DNA of 36,712 nt, from the NCBI GenBank assembly GCA_016281165.1, contig JAEEIC010000131.1, forward strand, positions 1 to 36,712. Direction: 5' to 3'. Position 1 is the first letter of the stretch, and the number at the start of each line of letters is the position of its first letter. A model generated the notes under the pieces. That model was not told the DNA's origin. It saw only the letters and a program-made list of their open reading frames with translations, and did no database searches. Source of the stretch: Bacillota bacterium. Lineage in GTDB: Bacteria; Bacillota; Clostridia; Peptostreptococcales; Anaerovoracaceae. This document shows, in pieces, positions 1 to 8,183 of this stretch. A program made the position numbers and the translations under genes.

Positions 1-450
1 CATCGAGAGCCGCAAAAGCTCCCTTTCATATATTTTTTTGTCGTCCGCGCCGAAATCGGGATCTCCCGGGCAGAGCCAGCCGCGGCTCCCCACGACGGCG
101 AAACGGTGCGCGGGATCGACCAGAGCGTCGTTCTGCATAAAATCCACGCTGCCGAAAAGGCCCTTCATCTTCGCCATGCTCGACCACCACAGATCGTGAT
201 TCCCGCGCAGGATGAGTTTTTTGCCGGGAAGACTGTCGAGCCAGGCCAGATCGGGCAGAGCGTCCTCGAGCCTCATCGCCCAGCTGATGTCTCCGGGCAG
301 CAGAATGAGGTCGTCCTCTGCGGCGACCTTCAGCCAGTTCTCCCTCAGTCTCTGCTCGTATCCCGCCCAGGCGGGGCCGAAGACGTCCATGGGCTTGTCT
401 ATGTTCATCCCGAAAGAGAGATGTGTGTCGGCTATCGCGAAAATGTTCAT
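1..450 (-). CDS. metallophosphoesterase (calcineurin-like); first 150 codons only, 3' end runs off the left edge of the window
   Basis: Absent from the ORF track because no stop codon lies in the window. My reverse-complement translation from ATG 450..448 reads MNIFAIADTHLSFGMNIDKPMDVFGPAWAGYEQRLRENWLKVAAEDDLILLPGDISWAMRLEDALPDLAWLDSLPGKKLILRGNHDLWW... and stays open to position 1. It carries the D-x-H, G-D and G-N-H-D metal-ligand motifs. Plus-strand ORFs 106..459 and 212..499 are its shadows. Confidence 0.8.
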   Translation of the reverse strand, partial: MNIFAIADTHLSFGMNIDKPMDVFGPAWAGYEQRLRENWLKVAAEDDLILLPGDISWAMRLEDALPDLAWLDSLPGKKLILRGNHDLWWSSMAKMKGLFGSVDFMQNDALVDPAHRFAVVGSRGWLCPGDPDFGADDKKIYERELLRLSM

Positions 451-508
451 CCTGTCTGACCCGCTATATCATAGCCGAAGCGGGACGCGTTTGCAATAAA
501 CTGCCGGT

Positions 509-1774
509 TCAGTCCTTTTCCCTGTCAGGATCCGGAAGCTTATCTGCCTCTTCGCCAGGGTACTGCAGGCTCTGGACGTCTCTTAAAGAGCGCTGTATCA
601 TCCTCGTCCTGGTACCGACCAGCTTGTCGAGCTCCTTCCCCGCCTGATCGAGCCTCGACTGGGCGGCCGTGAGCACCTCGGCGAATTTGTCGAACTCGCT
701 CTTGACCGTGCCGAGGACCTTCCAGACCCTGCCGGCGTTCTTCTGTATGGCCAGAGTCCTGAAGCCCATCTGCAGGCTGTTGAGCAGGGCTGCCATGGTC
801 GAAGGCCCGGCTATCATCACCCGGCAGCTCCTCTGGACCTCTTCCATCATGCCCAGCTCGACGACTTCCGCGTAAAGGCCCTCAAAGGGCAGGAACATGA
901 CGGCGAAATCGGTCGAGTAAGGCGGGCAGATGTATTTTTCACTGATGTCCTTAGCCGCCTTGCGCACCGCGTAGACGAGCAGCCTCCTGGCTTCGGAGAC
1001 TGCGGCGGGATCGCCGCTCTGGGAGGCCTCCTGCAGCCGGCTGTAGGCGTCGGCCGGGAATTTGGCGTCTATGGGCAGGAGTATGGGCGCCGTCCCGTCG
1101 CCGGGCATCTTCACGGCGTATTCCACCCTTTCGGGCTTCGCCGGGTCGATCTGGGCGTTCTCCAGATATTGCTCGGGGGAAAGAATCTGCTCCAGTATGG
1201 CCTTGAGCTGGATCTCTCCCAGTATGCCGCGCGTTTTGACGTTGGAGAGGACCTTCTTGAGGTCTCCCACGCCCTGCGCCAGGCCCTGCATCTCGCCCAG
1301 GCCCTTGTATACCTGATCAAGGCTCTCCCTCACGCTGGCGAAGGATCTGCCCAGCCTTTCGTCCAGGCTCTGCTGCAGCTTCTCGTCCACCGTGCGGCGC
1401 ATCTGCTCGAGCTGGGCCGCGTTCTCGGCGCGAAGATCCGAGATCTGCTTTTCCACTGTGCTCCTGAGCGCCTCGGAGCGGGCGTCGTCCCTGGCGTACC
1501 TGTCCTCCTGCAGCTTGGCCTGCTGCTCGAAGCCCCTCTGCACGCTCTGGACCATGTCCTGCCTGCTCTCGAGTATGTCCCTTCTGGTCTCCTCTATGTC
1601 GTCGGCCAGGCGGGCGTTCTCAAGGGAGAGGGATCCGAGGGACTTCTCAAGATCCTTCTGCAGCCTCGCCACCCTCTTGCGCATCTTCCTCATGCTCAGG
1701 CCCGCGTAAATGAGGGCCCCGGCCGCGATAAGCGCCGACAAGAACGTTATTATCATGTAGGTCTCTTCAGACAT
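509..1774 (-). CDS. rmuC: DNA recombination protein RmuC
   Basis: 421 aa with an N-terminal TM helix (IITFLSALIAAGALIYAGL), a long charged coiled-coil region, and a C-terminal RmuC-type domain (VEYAVKMPG...ILLPIDAKFP...AVMFLPFEGLYAEV). Confidence 0.85.
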   Translation of the reverse strand: MSEETYMIITFLSALIAAGALIYAGLSMRKMRKRVARLQKDLEKSLGSLSLENARLADDIEETRRDILESRQDMVQSVQRGFEQQAKLQEDRYARDDARSEALRSTVEKQISDLRAENAAQLEQMRRTVDEKLQQSLDERLGRSFASVRESLDQVYKGLGEMQGLAQGVGDLKKVLSNVKTRGILGEIQLKAILEQILSPEQYLENAQIDPAKPERVEYAVKMPGDGTAPILLPIDAKFPADAYSRLQEASQSGDPAAVSEARRLLVYAVRKAAKDISEKYICPPYSTDFAVMFLPFEGLYAEVVELGMMEEVQRSCRVMIAGPSTMAALLNSLQMGFRTLAIQKNAGRVWKVLGTVKSEFDKFAEVLTAAQSRLDQAGKELDKLVGTRTRMIQRSLRDVQSLQYPGEEADKLPDPDREKD

Positions 1775-1862
1775 CGTCCACCTCTTGTTTTGTCCCTCCC
1801 GCGCGGATATTGAAAACAGGATCGTTATAGGTTAAAATATCGTGAAGGGGAAGGGATGATCC

Positions 1863-3614
1863 ATGAGACATTGCATCTTACGTGAACATTATACCAGAAT
1901 CACGTGTACGTTTTTCTGCGCCCTGATCATTTGTTTTCTGATTTTTTGCGACTTTTCTTTCGCTTCCGGCGTCAACGGCAGCTTCAGGCTCGACGAGTAC
2001 AATTTCGTCCCCCTGCTCTACAGGGGCGAGGAGACCGGCTATCAGGCCTGCACCATAAAGGGCAGCGCCTACATCCCGGTCGAGGCCATGGAGGAATACG
2101 GAGACTGCGGCAGCTTTGAGATCGACGATGAGGGACACCGCGTCGTCTTCACCCCGGCCGAGATGGACATCTTCACCGGCGACGACGAGACAACGGATTT
2201 CATACAGAAGTACTGCGGCAGCTGCAGCCTCTCCTTCAAGAACATCTACAACAGGTATTACGTCTCCCTCAACGTCATGAAGGATTTCATCAGGCTCTCT
2301 TACAATACGGACGGGACCGCGGGGCTTTCGAACGACGACGAGACCGACATAACCTACGTCGATATGGAGCCTCTTTCCGACGAGCAGCGCATGGGCAGGA
2401 CCGTCAGAAAGACCGTGGGAGCGGGCTCCCTCTTCTCTTCCGCTGACGACAGCGTGACGGTCAGAAAGGATCAGCAGGTATATATACTCGGCGAGACTCC
2501 GAGCTTTTATAAGATCAGGACCATCAGCGGGCAGGTCTGCTATGTGAACAGGGAAGACGTGAACGAGACCATGGAGGAGGCTCCCGACTACGACTTCATA
2601 TTCGCGGCCAAGCAGAAGAAGGGCTTCAGGACCAAGATAAATCTGGTCTGGACCAGTCCCAACAGCAACGGCATCAGTTCCCTCGCCCCCGACGCGGCGG
2701 GCATCGACGTAGTCTCGCCGGTCTGGCTCAGCCAGCAGGTCGAGGGCGGCGGCAACGTCACGAGCTTCTGCGACAGGGGCTACACCGATCTCGCCCACGA
2801 AAGAGGCCTTCAGGTCTGGGTCACCCTCAACAACGACATGACCACCACCGGCTCGACCAATTATACCGGCAAGGTGTTCGCCGACTCCTCTCTCAGAAGA
2901 AAGACCATCGCCCAGTATCTCTTCTACGCCATGATGGCGGACGCAGACGGGCTCTGCATCGATTATGAAGACGTGAGGAGCAGCGACGGCGACGGCCTCA
3001 CCCTCTTCACCTCCGAGCTCTCTTACTACTGCGAAAGGCTCGGCCTCTACCTCTCCTCCGCCGTCTATGTCCCGAGCAGCTGGAACTATTCGATCTATCA
3101 GTACGACCTCGTCTCAGACAGTCTCGATTATTTCTGCGTCATGACCTACGATGAGCATTTCAACGGCAGCCTCTACGCCGGGTCGGTATCCTCCGAGCCC
3201 TTCTACACGGAGATGATCGAAGAGATGCTCAAATACACCTCAGCCGACAAGGTCCTCATGGGCATACCCTTCTATACCAGGATCTGGACGGTAGACGACC
3301 AGAACAGGAGGCAGGGAGTGCAGGCGGTGATCATGAGCACCGCCAGGGAAAGAGTCAAAAATGCCGGCGCCGCCGCCGAATGGTCTTCGGAAGACGGACA
3401 GTATTTCGCCAGCTGGAAGGACGGCGACCTGACGGTAAAGGTCTGGCTGGAGGACGCCCGTTCCATCGCCGAGAGGCTCAGCAACGTCTATTACTACGAT
3501 ATCGCCGGCAGCTGCTGCTGGAGATACGGCCAGCAGGAGGAAGGCGTCATGGATGTTTTCGAGGAGATCTACAAGAACGGGATCTCCCCCGGCGCTTTCA
3601 CCGATCCTTACTGA
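1863..3614 (+). CDS. secreted or membrane-anchored glycoside hydrolase family 18 protein (YaaH/YdhD-like peptidoglycan/chitin hydrolase) with extra N-terminal domains
   Basis: 583 aa with a hydrophobic N-terminus. It has a copper-amine-oxidase-like stalk segment (KGSAYIPVEAMEEYG) and an SH3b-like segment (VRKDQQVYILGETPSFYKIRTISGQVCYVNREDV). The GH18 catalytic motif D-G-x-x-x-D-x-E is present as DGLCIDYE, followed by MTYDEH. Confidence 0.75.
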   Translation: MRHCILREHYTRITCTFFCALIICFLIFCDFSFASGVNGSFRLDEYNFVPLLYRGEETGYQACTIKGSAYIPVEAMEEYGDCGSFEIDDEGHRVVFTPAEMDIFTGDDETTDFIQKYCGSCSLSFKNIYNRYYVSLNVMKDFIRLSYNTDGTAGLSNDDETDITYVDMEPLSDEQRMGRTVRKTVGAGSLFSSADDSVTVRKDQQVYILGETPSFYKIRTISGQVCYVNREDVNETMEEAPDYDFIFAAKQKKGFRTKINLVWTSPNSNGISSLAPDAAGIDVVSPVWLSQQVEGGGNVTSFCDRGYTDLAHERGLQVWVTLNNDMTTTGSTNYTGKVFADSSLRRKTIAQYLFYAMMADADGLCIDYEDVRSSDGDGLTLFTSELSYYCERLGLYLSSAVYVPSSWNYSIYQYDLVSDSLDYFCVMTYDEHFNGSLYAGSVSSEPFYTEMIEEMLKYTSADKVLMGIPFYTRIWTVDDQNRRQGVQAVIMSTARERVKNAGAAAEWSSEDGQYFASWKDGDLTVKVWLEDARSIAERLSNVYYYDIAGSCCWRYGQQEEGVMDVFEEIYKNGISPGAFTDPY

Positions 3615-3656
3615 TCCGGGAGAGTTTACATAATAAACATTATGCTATTGCATGAC

Positions 3657-3684
3657 AATACCGGCCCCTTTCGGGACCGGTATT
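3657..3684. terminator. GC-rich hairpin between convergent genes (GH18 on +, ispH-S1 on -)
   Basis: AATACCGGCCCC-TTTC-GGGACCGGTATT, an imperfect stem with T-rich sequence on the + side (TATTTATT). It sits between the two stop codons (3614 and 3707). Confidence 0.5.
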
Positions 3685-3706
3685 TATTCAGCAGACGTAT
3701 TATGTC

Positions 3707-5722
3707 TTACTCTTCCGCGGGAGCTTCGGCCTGGGGCTCGGCAGGCTCTTCAGCCTTGGGCTCGGCCTTCTCCTCGTAGATCTGCGGATCGATAGTGGCC
3801 TTGATGCTGAGGGAGATCCTCTTCCTGTCCTTATCGATCTCGAGGATCTTGGCGTTGACGATCTGTCCGATGGAGAGCTCGTCGCTGATCTTGGCTACTC
3901 TCTTGTGAGCGACCTCGGAGATGTGTACGAGACCGTCGAGTCCGGGAGCGAGCTCTACGAACGCGCCGTATTCCTTGATCTGTACCACCTTGCCGGTGAT
4001 GATGTCGCCTTCGTGATACTTCTCATCGATGACGGACCAGGGCTCGGGGTTGTTCTGCTTCATGCCCAGAGAGATCTTTCCTTTTTCGACGTCCATCTTG
4101 AGGATCTTGACGTTCACGATCTGACCGATCTCCAGAGCCTCCTGCGGGTGCTTGAGCTTGCCCCAGGAGATCTCGGATATATGGAGAAGTCCGTCGATGC
4201 CGCCGATGTCTACGAACGCGCCGTAATCGGTGAATCTCATGATCTTCCCTTCGACAACATCGCCAACATTGAGAGTCTGCCAGATCTGGTCGATCTTCTT
4301 CTTCTTCTCTTCGATGAGGAACTGCTTGTGGCTGAAGACGGCCTTGTTCCTCTTGGAGTCGACTCTGGTCACCTTGACGGGCAGAGTCTGGCCGATGAAC
4401 TCGGCAGCGGTCTCGACATAGTGATCGGCGAGCTGGGACATGGGGATGAAGCCCGAGATGTCCTTGTAATTGGCGATGACTCCGCCCTTTACCTCTTTGA
4501 CCACGGTGACGTTGACTACTTCGCCCGTGTTGGAGACGTTGTTGATCTCATCCCAGTATTCGCCGGACTGGATCCTCTTGTTGGAGAGCAGGATATTCCC
4601 GTCTCCGTCGTCGGTCTTGATGACCTTGGCCTGGACTTCATCGCCCTCTTTGAACATGTCGGTCAGTTCCTGGCCCTCTTCTCTTGCGGTCTCTTCCTTG
4701 GGAAGCATACCGTCTTTCTTGCAGCCGAGGTTCAGGACCACGTAATCATTGGTCACCTGGACGACCTTGCCGGTCACGACTTCTCCTCTGCCGGGAAGCT
4801 TCAGGGACTTGTCTATCTCGTCCATGAAAGCTGCCATCTCGTTCATTTCTTCGTTCTGCTGGTCTTTGGTGAATTCTTCACTCATGTTGGCAATAACCTC
4901 CTTAATTATGCGTTCAGGAACAGATGCTCCCGCCGCAACGCCTATCTTATTATACTTTTTAACAAGTTTCAAGTCTAAATCTGAAATTCCTTCAATAAAC
5001 AGGCTCTGAGGACATTTGTTTTTGCATATTTCGTAAAGTTTTTTCGAATTTGAGCTGGCGGGATCGCCGATGACGACCATGCACTCGCATTCGGAGGCCA
5101 GTTTTTCGGCGCTCTCCTGCCTTTCGCGGGTGGCCCGGCATATAGTGTCATGTATGACGAGATCATGGCATATGCTCCCGAAAACGCGGCAGATATCCTC
5201 GAACCTCTTCGCGGTCATGGTCGTCTGGGCGGCTATGCTCACGGGGATATCGGCGCATCTGCGGGCGAGCTCTTCGGCTTCTTCCCCGCTCTGCACTGCC
5301 CCGAGGCTCATGGGGCTGCTGCCGAGTATGCCCTTCACCTCGGGATGCTCTCTGTCGCCTATGACTATGAAGCGGCGGCCCTGTTCGCCCGCCTCCTTTG
5401 CCAGCCGGTGTATGCGCGAGACGAAGGGACAGGTGGCGTCCACCAGCTCTATGCCCTTCTCTTTCGCGGTCTTATAGGTGGCGTCGGGCTCTCCGTGCGC
5501 CCTGATGAAGACTCTTGAGCCCGCCGGCGCCTCTTCTATGGATGAGACCGTGATGAGGCCCTTCTTTCCCAGCTCGTCGGTAACAGCCGTATTGTGTATG
5601 AGCTGGCCAATGCAGTAAAGCTCTTCACCCGCGTGAAGCCTCAGTTCCTCCTCGGCGGCGGCGACTGCCTTGGTGACTCCGAAGCAGAATCCCGCGTGCT
5701 CCGCCAGAGTAATGGTCCTCAT
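3707..5722 (-). CDS. ispH: bifunctional 4-hydroxy-3-methylbut-2-enyl diphosphate reductase (IspH/LytB) fused to ribosomal protein S1 repeats
   Basis: 671 aa. The N-terminal ~285 aa is IspH-like (HAGFCFGV..., DATCPFV, ICRATRERQ). The C-terminal part has four S1 OB-fold repeats (GEVVTGKVVQV..., GDVVEGKIMRFTDYGAFVDI..., GDIITGKVVQIKEYGAFVEL...). RBS AAGGAG lies upstream of ATG 5722. Confidence 0.9.
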   Translation of the reverse strand: MRTITLAEHAGFCFGVTKAVAAAEEELRLHAGEELYCIGQLIHNTAVTDELGKKGLITVSSIEEAPAGSRVFIRAHGEPDATYKTAKEKGIELVDATCPFVSRIHRLAKEAGEQGRRFIVIGDREHPEVKGILGSSPMSLGAVQSGEEAEELARRCADIPVSIAAQTTMTAKRFEDICRVFGSICHDLVIHDTICRATRERQESAEKLASECECMVVIGDPASSNSKKLYEICKNKCPQSLFIEGISDLDLKLVKKYNKIGVAAGASVPERIIKEVIANMSEEFTKDQQNEEMNEMAAFMDEIDKSLKLPGRGEVVTGKVVQVTNDYVVLNLGCKKDGMLPKEETAREEGQELTDMFKEGDEVQAKVIKTDDGDGNILLSNKRIQSGEYWDEINNVSNTGEVVNVTVVKEVKGGVIANYKDISGFIPMSQLADHYVETAAEFIGQTLPVKVTRVDSKRNKAVFSHKQFLIEEKKKKIDQIWQTLNVGDVVEGKIMRFTDYGAFVDIGGIDGLLHISEISWGKLKHPQEALEIGQIVNVKILKMDVEKGKISLGMKQNNPEPWSVIDEKYHEGDIITGKVVQIKEYGAFVELAPGLDGLVHISEVAHKRVAKISDELSIGQIVNAKILEIDKDRKRISLSIKATIDPQIYEEKAEPKAEEPAEPQAEAPAEE

Positions 5723-5771
5723 TTTGTGTTCTCCTTTGTATTACGCAGCGTTTTTCATCGTTATGTTCATT

Positions 5772-5799
5772 ATTGTAACACAAAACAGGCAGGATGTAA
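5772..5799 (-). promoter_or_regulatory. candidate sigma-A promoter for ispH-S1
   Basis: On the minus strand: TTACAT, a 16-nt spacer, then TACAAT preceded by TGT (extended -10-like). It lies in the AT-rich divergent intergenic region. Confidence 0.35.
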
Positions 5800-5872
5800 T
5801 TATCATATATTGCCAATATTGCTACGATATGCCTATCAAAACAACTTTCTTTTGAGTTTCATAAAAAAGCAT

Positions 5873-5901
5873 TTTACAAATAATGTTCTCGAGAATATAA
5901 T
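5873..5901 (+). promoter_or_regulatory. candidate sigma-A promoter for the zinc-ribbon gene
   Basis: TTTACA, a 17-nt spacer, then TATAAT, about 45 nt upstream of ATG 5947. Confidence 0.4.
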
Positions 5902-5946
5902 CAACTTATCAACCCTCTTCTCAAAAACAAAGGAGATCAAAAGATT

Positions 5947-6135
5947 ATGGAAGACAAGGTATTGGTTTGTCAGGACTGCGGAAAGGAATTCGTCTTTACC
6001 GTAGGCGAGCAGATGTTCTACAAGGAAAAAGGATTCGACAACGAGCCCAAGAGATGCAAAGAATGCAGAGATAAAAGAAAGGCCATGAGAAGACAGAGAG
6101 AGGCCGAAGCTTCTGAGACTCCTGCTGTAGAATAA
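5947..6135 (+). CDS. small zinc-ribbon protein (CxxC...CxxC, zf-trcl-like)
   Basis: 62 aa: VCQDCGKEFVFTVGEQMFYKEKGFDNEPKRCKECRDKRK, with two CxxC pairs and a basic tail. A strong terminator follows. Confidence 0.7.
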   Translation: MEDKVLVCQDCGKEFVFTVGEQMFYKEKGFDNEPKRCKECRDKRKAMRRQREAEASETPAVE

Positions 6136-6155
6136 ACTATTTGGACAGACGTCGA

Positions 6156-6195
6156 AACAGGGCCGCGGAAAATACCGCAGCCCTGTTTTATTTTG
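6156..6195 (+). terminator. rho-independent terminator of the zinc-ribbon gene
   Basis: AACAGGGCCGCGG-AAAATA-CCGCAGCCCTGTT (one mismatch) followed by TTTATTTTG. Confidence 0.6.
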
Positions 6196-6217
6196 TTTAT
6201 CGCTTTTTTATCGCCTG

Positions 6218-7501
6218 CTACTCGTCTTCGAGCATTATGTTGAGTATCTCCACGTCGGTGGACTTCATGCCGGTCTTGCCCATGCGGCCCACGCTGGCAA
6301 TGGTCCCTTCGATATCGCTCTTTACTATGCCTTCGCCGGGAGCGAAGACCCGGCCGTTTTCGGCCATGTTGAGAGAAGTGAGAGCGGTCTCCACGGCAGA
6401 CGCGATCTTGGCCGCGCAGGAGGGCTTGGCTCCGTCGCAGACCATGCCGCCGATCGTGGCGATGGTGTTTGTCACGGTATCGCAGATGACCTTATAGTCT
6501 TTACCCAGCATCCAGGCGATGCCGGCCGCGGAACCTGCCGCCGCGCTCACCGCTCCGCAGTAGGCGGAGAGATTGCCTATGTAGCGCTTCTGATGGCAGG
6601 CGACGAGATCGGCCAAAGCCAGGGCCCTGAGCATGCGCTCCCTGGGGATGTTGTAATGCAGGGCGTAGATGTACAAGGGCATGGAAACGGTGATGCCCTG
6701 ATTGCCGCTGCCCGAGTTGATGACCACCGGGAGCGGGCAGCCGCTCATCCTGGCGTCGCTGCCGGCGGCAGCGTAGGCTCTCGCCTTTATCTGGACGGAG
6801 GGCCCGCCCGCGTATTCGAGCAGGGTCTGCCCTACCTTGACGCCGTAGTCCTTCGTCAGGCCCTCTTTGGCGATGGCCAGATTGCAGTCTATCTGGGTCT
6901 GGACGAGATCCTCGAACTCGCTGAGAGCGGCGTTCTCGGCGTAATCGATGATGTCTTTCATATTGAGAGTGGATCTGTCGATGACGAAGGCGCCGGCCGC
7001 TTTGTTCTTCTCATCGTTCTTCTCGAAGACAGTTTCGCCGTTTTTGGTGATCTTTACGATGTTGTTGTGCTTCTCCTTGAGGAGCACGGAAGCCTCTTCA
7101 TCGCCTTTGCTCAGCTTCACGTCTATGTACAGATTCTCTACTCCCTCGGCCAGTTCCGCCTTGCAGAAGTCGGTCTTCAGCAGCTCGGCGGTCTTCTCTA
7201 TATCTTCGGGCTTTACGGACTGGAGCACCGAAAGCTCTCTGTCGGGATCTCCTCCCACCAGGCCCAGGACCGCCGCCGCGCCGATGCCCTTCATGCCGCC
7301 CGAATTGGGGACGGTGACTCCCTTTACGTTCTTTACTATATTGCCGCTGCAGCGGACCACGCAGTGATCCGGCATGGTCCCCAGCACACTGCGGGCCTTG
7401 GCGGCAGCATACGCGACTGCTATTGGCTCTGTGCAGCCGAGAGCCTTGATGAGCTCGCTTTTTAGTATCGCTGTGTATTGTTCCTTGATACAGTCGTTCA
7501 T
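6218..7501 (-). CDS. UPF0597 / L-cysteine desulfidase family protein (YhaM/CyuA-like, serine dehydratase alpha-like)
   Basis: N-terminus MNDCIKEQYTAILKSELIKALGCTEPIAVAYAAAKA plus GNQG and CDGAKPSCA motifs. I place the start at ATG 7501, which has RBS GGAGGAAAAG, rather than the track start 7579, which has no RBS. Confidence 0.8.
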   Translation of the reverse strand: MNDCIKEQYTAILKSELIKALGCTEPIAVAYAAAKARSVLGTMPDHCVVRCSGNIVKNVKGVTVPNSGGMKGIGAAAVLGLVGGDPDRELSVLQSVKPEDIEKTAELLKTDFCKAELAEGVENLYIDVKLSKGDEEASVLLKEKHNNIVKITKNGETVFEKNDEKNKAAGAFVIDRSTLNMKDIIDYAENAALSEFEDLVQTQIDCNLAIAKEGLTKDYGVKVGQTLLEYAGGPSVQIKARAYAAAGSDARMSGCPLPVVINSGSGNQGITVSMPLYIYALHYNIPRERMLRALALADLVACHQKRYIGNLSAYCGAVSAAAGSAAGIAWMLGKDYKVICDTVTNTIATIGGMVCDGAKPSCAAKIASAVETALTSLNMAENGRVFAPGEGIVKSDIEGTIASVGRMGKTGMKSTDVEILNIMLEDE

Positions 7502-7534
7502 CTTTTCCTCCGTGTTCGTGTATTGAACGTTTGG

Positions 7535-7564
7535 ATTATACCACTGAAAAGACGCACTGTTCAA
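7535..7564 (-). promoter_or_regulatory. candidate sigma-A promoter of the cysteine-desulfidase-family gene
   Basis: On the minus strand: TTGAAC, an 18-nt spacer, then TATAAT preceded by TGG (extended -10). It is bracketed by a 10-bp inverted repeat (see findings). Confidence 0.5.
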
Positions 7565-7659
7565 TACAATTATGGACAAGGATGCGCGAACAGACCGGTC
7601 TCATTCTGATCCGCGGCTGCCGCTTTTTCTGTTCAGCCACGGTGAGGCGCGCTGAGCTC

Positions 7660-8181
7660 TCACTGCCCAAGCTCCCTTTCCACCTCGCCGAGGAGCCTGA
7701 TCAGCCCTTTTTCGTCTCCCGCCGGCGGGAGCCCTCTCTGCTCAAGGATCGCGAGCAGCTCCCCCGCTCCGAGGCGCGGAAAAGACTGATCCAAAGACCG
7801 GAGGAAGCCTCTCATATCGCGGGGGACATCCGCGCCGGGGCCTCTGATGATCAGGCGCGCGAAGCCCCGCTCATCGAGATAGATATCTTCCGGGGCAGTT
7901 GACGTGAGCGTCGGATCGATGAACCAGTCCCGGCAGGTCTGCCTCGCTTCACATACGGATCTCATGATCCTGATTGTCTTAAGCAGCCCGGCCAGCCCTC
8001 CCCGCTCCCCGTCCTTTAATAGCTCCTTCGCGCCGGTCGATCCGGCGGTATCGGCGCAGATCACTGTCTGTCCACTCTCATCCTCGTAATACGACGAAGG
8101 GACGAGGGCCGGACAGCGTCCGCGCCTGATGACAGCCAGCACATGCGGGGGAAGGCCGTTCTTTTCAAAACAGATCCTCAT
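7660..8181 (-). CDS. hypothetical soluble protein, last gene of the Tad-like operon (pattern resembles the DUF6382 N-domain of clostridial FHA proteins)
   Basis: Start placed at ATG 8181 (MRICFEKNG...), 2 nt after the upstream stop, with GGAGGGG 7 nt upstream. No TM segments. Motifs PALVPS...ICADTAG...WFIDPTLTSTAPEDIYLDERGFARLI resemble DUF6382 from memory only. Confidence 0.5.
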   Translation of the reverse strand: MRICFEKNGLPPHVLAVIRRGRCPALVPSSYYEDESGQTVICADTAGSTGAKELLKDGERGGLAGLLKTIRIMRSVCEARQTCRDWFIDPTLTSTAPEDIYLDERGFARLIIRGPGADVPRDMRGFLRSLDQSFPRLGAGELLAILEQRGLPPAGDEKGLIRLLGEVERELGQ

Positions 8182-8183
8182 CC

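Noticed and set aside
3707-5722. The IspH-S1 fusion, considered as a possible novelty.
   Set aside because: This fusion is a well-known architecture in Clostridia, so I annotated it as a feature only.
7531-7902. A 123-aa plus-strand ORF between the cysteine-desulfidase-family gene and the Tad operon.
   Set aside because: It lies antisense to the last Tad gene and its product is Arg/Glu-rich and low-complexity. It also starts inside the opposite-strand promoter.
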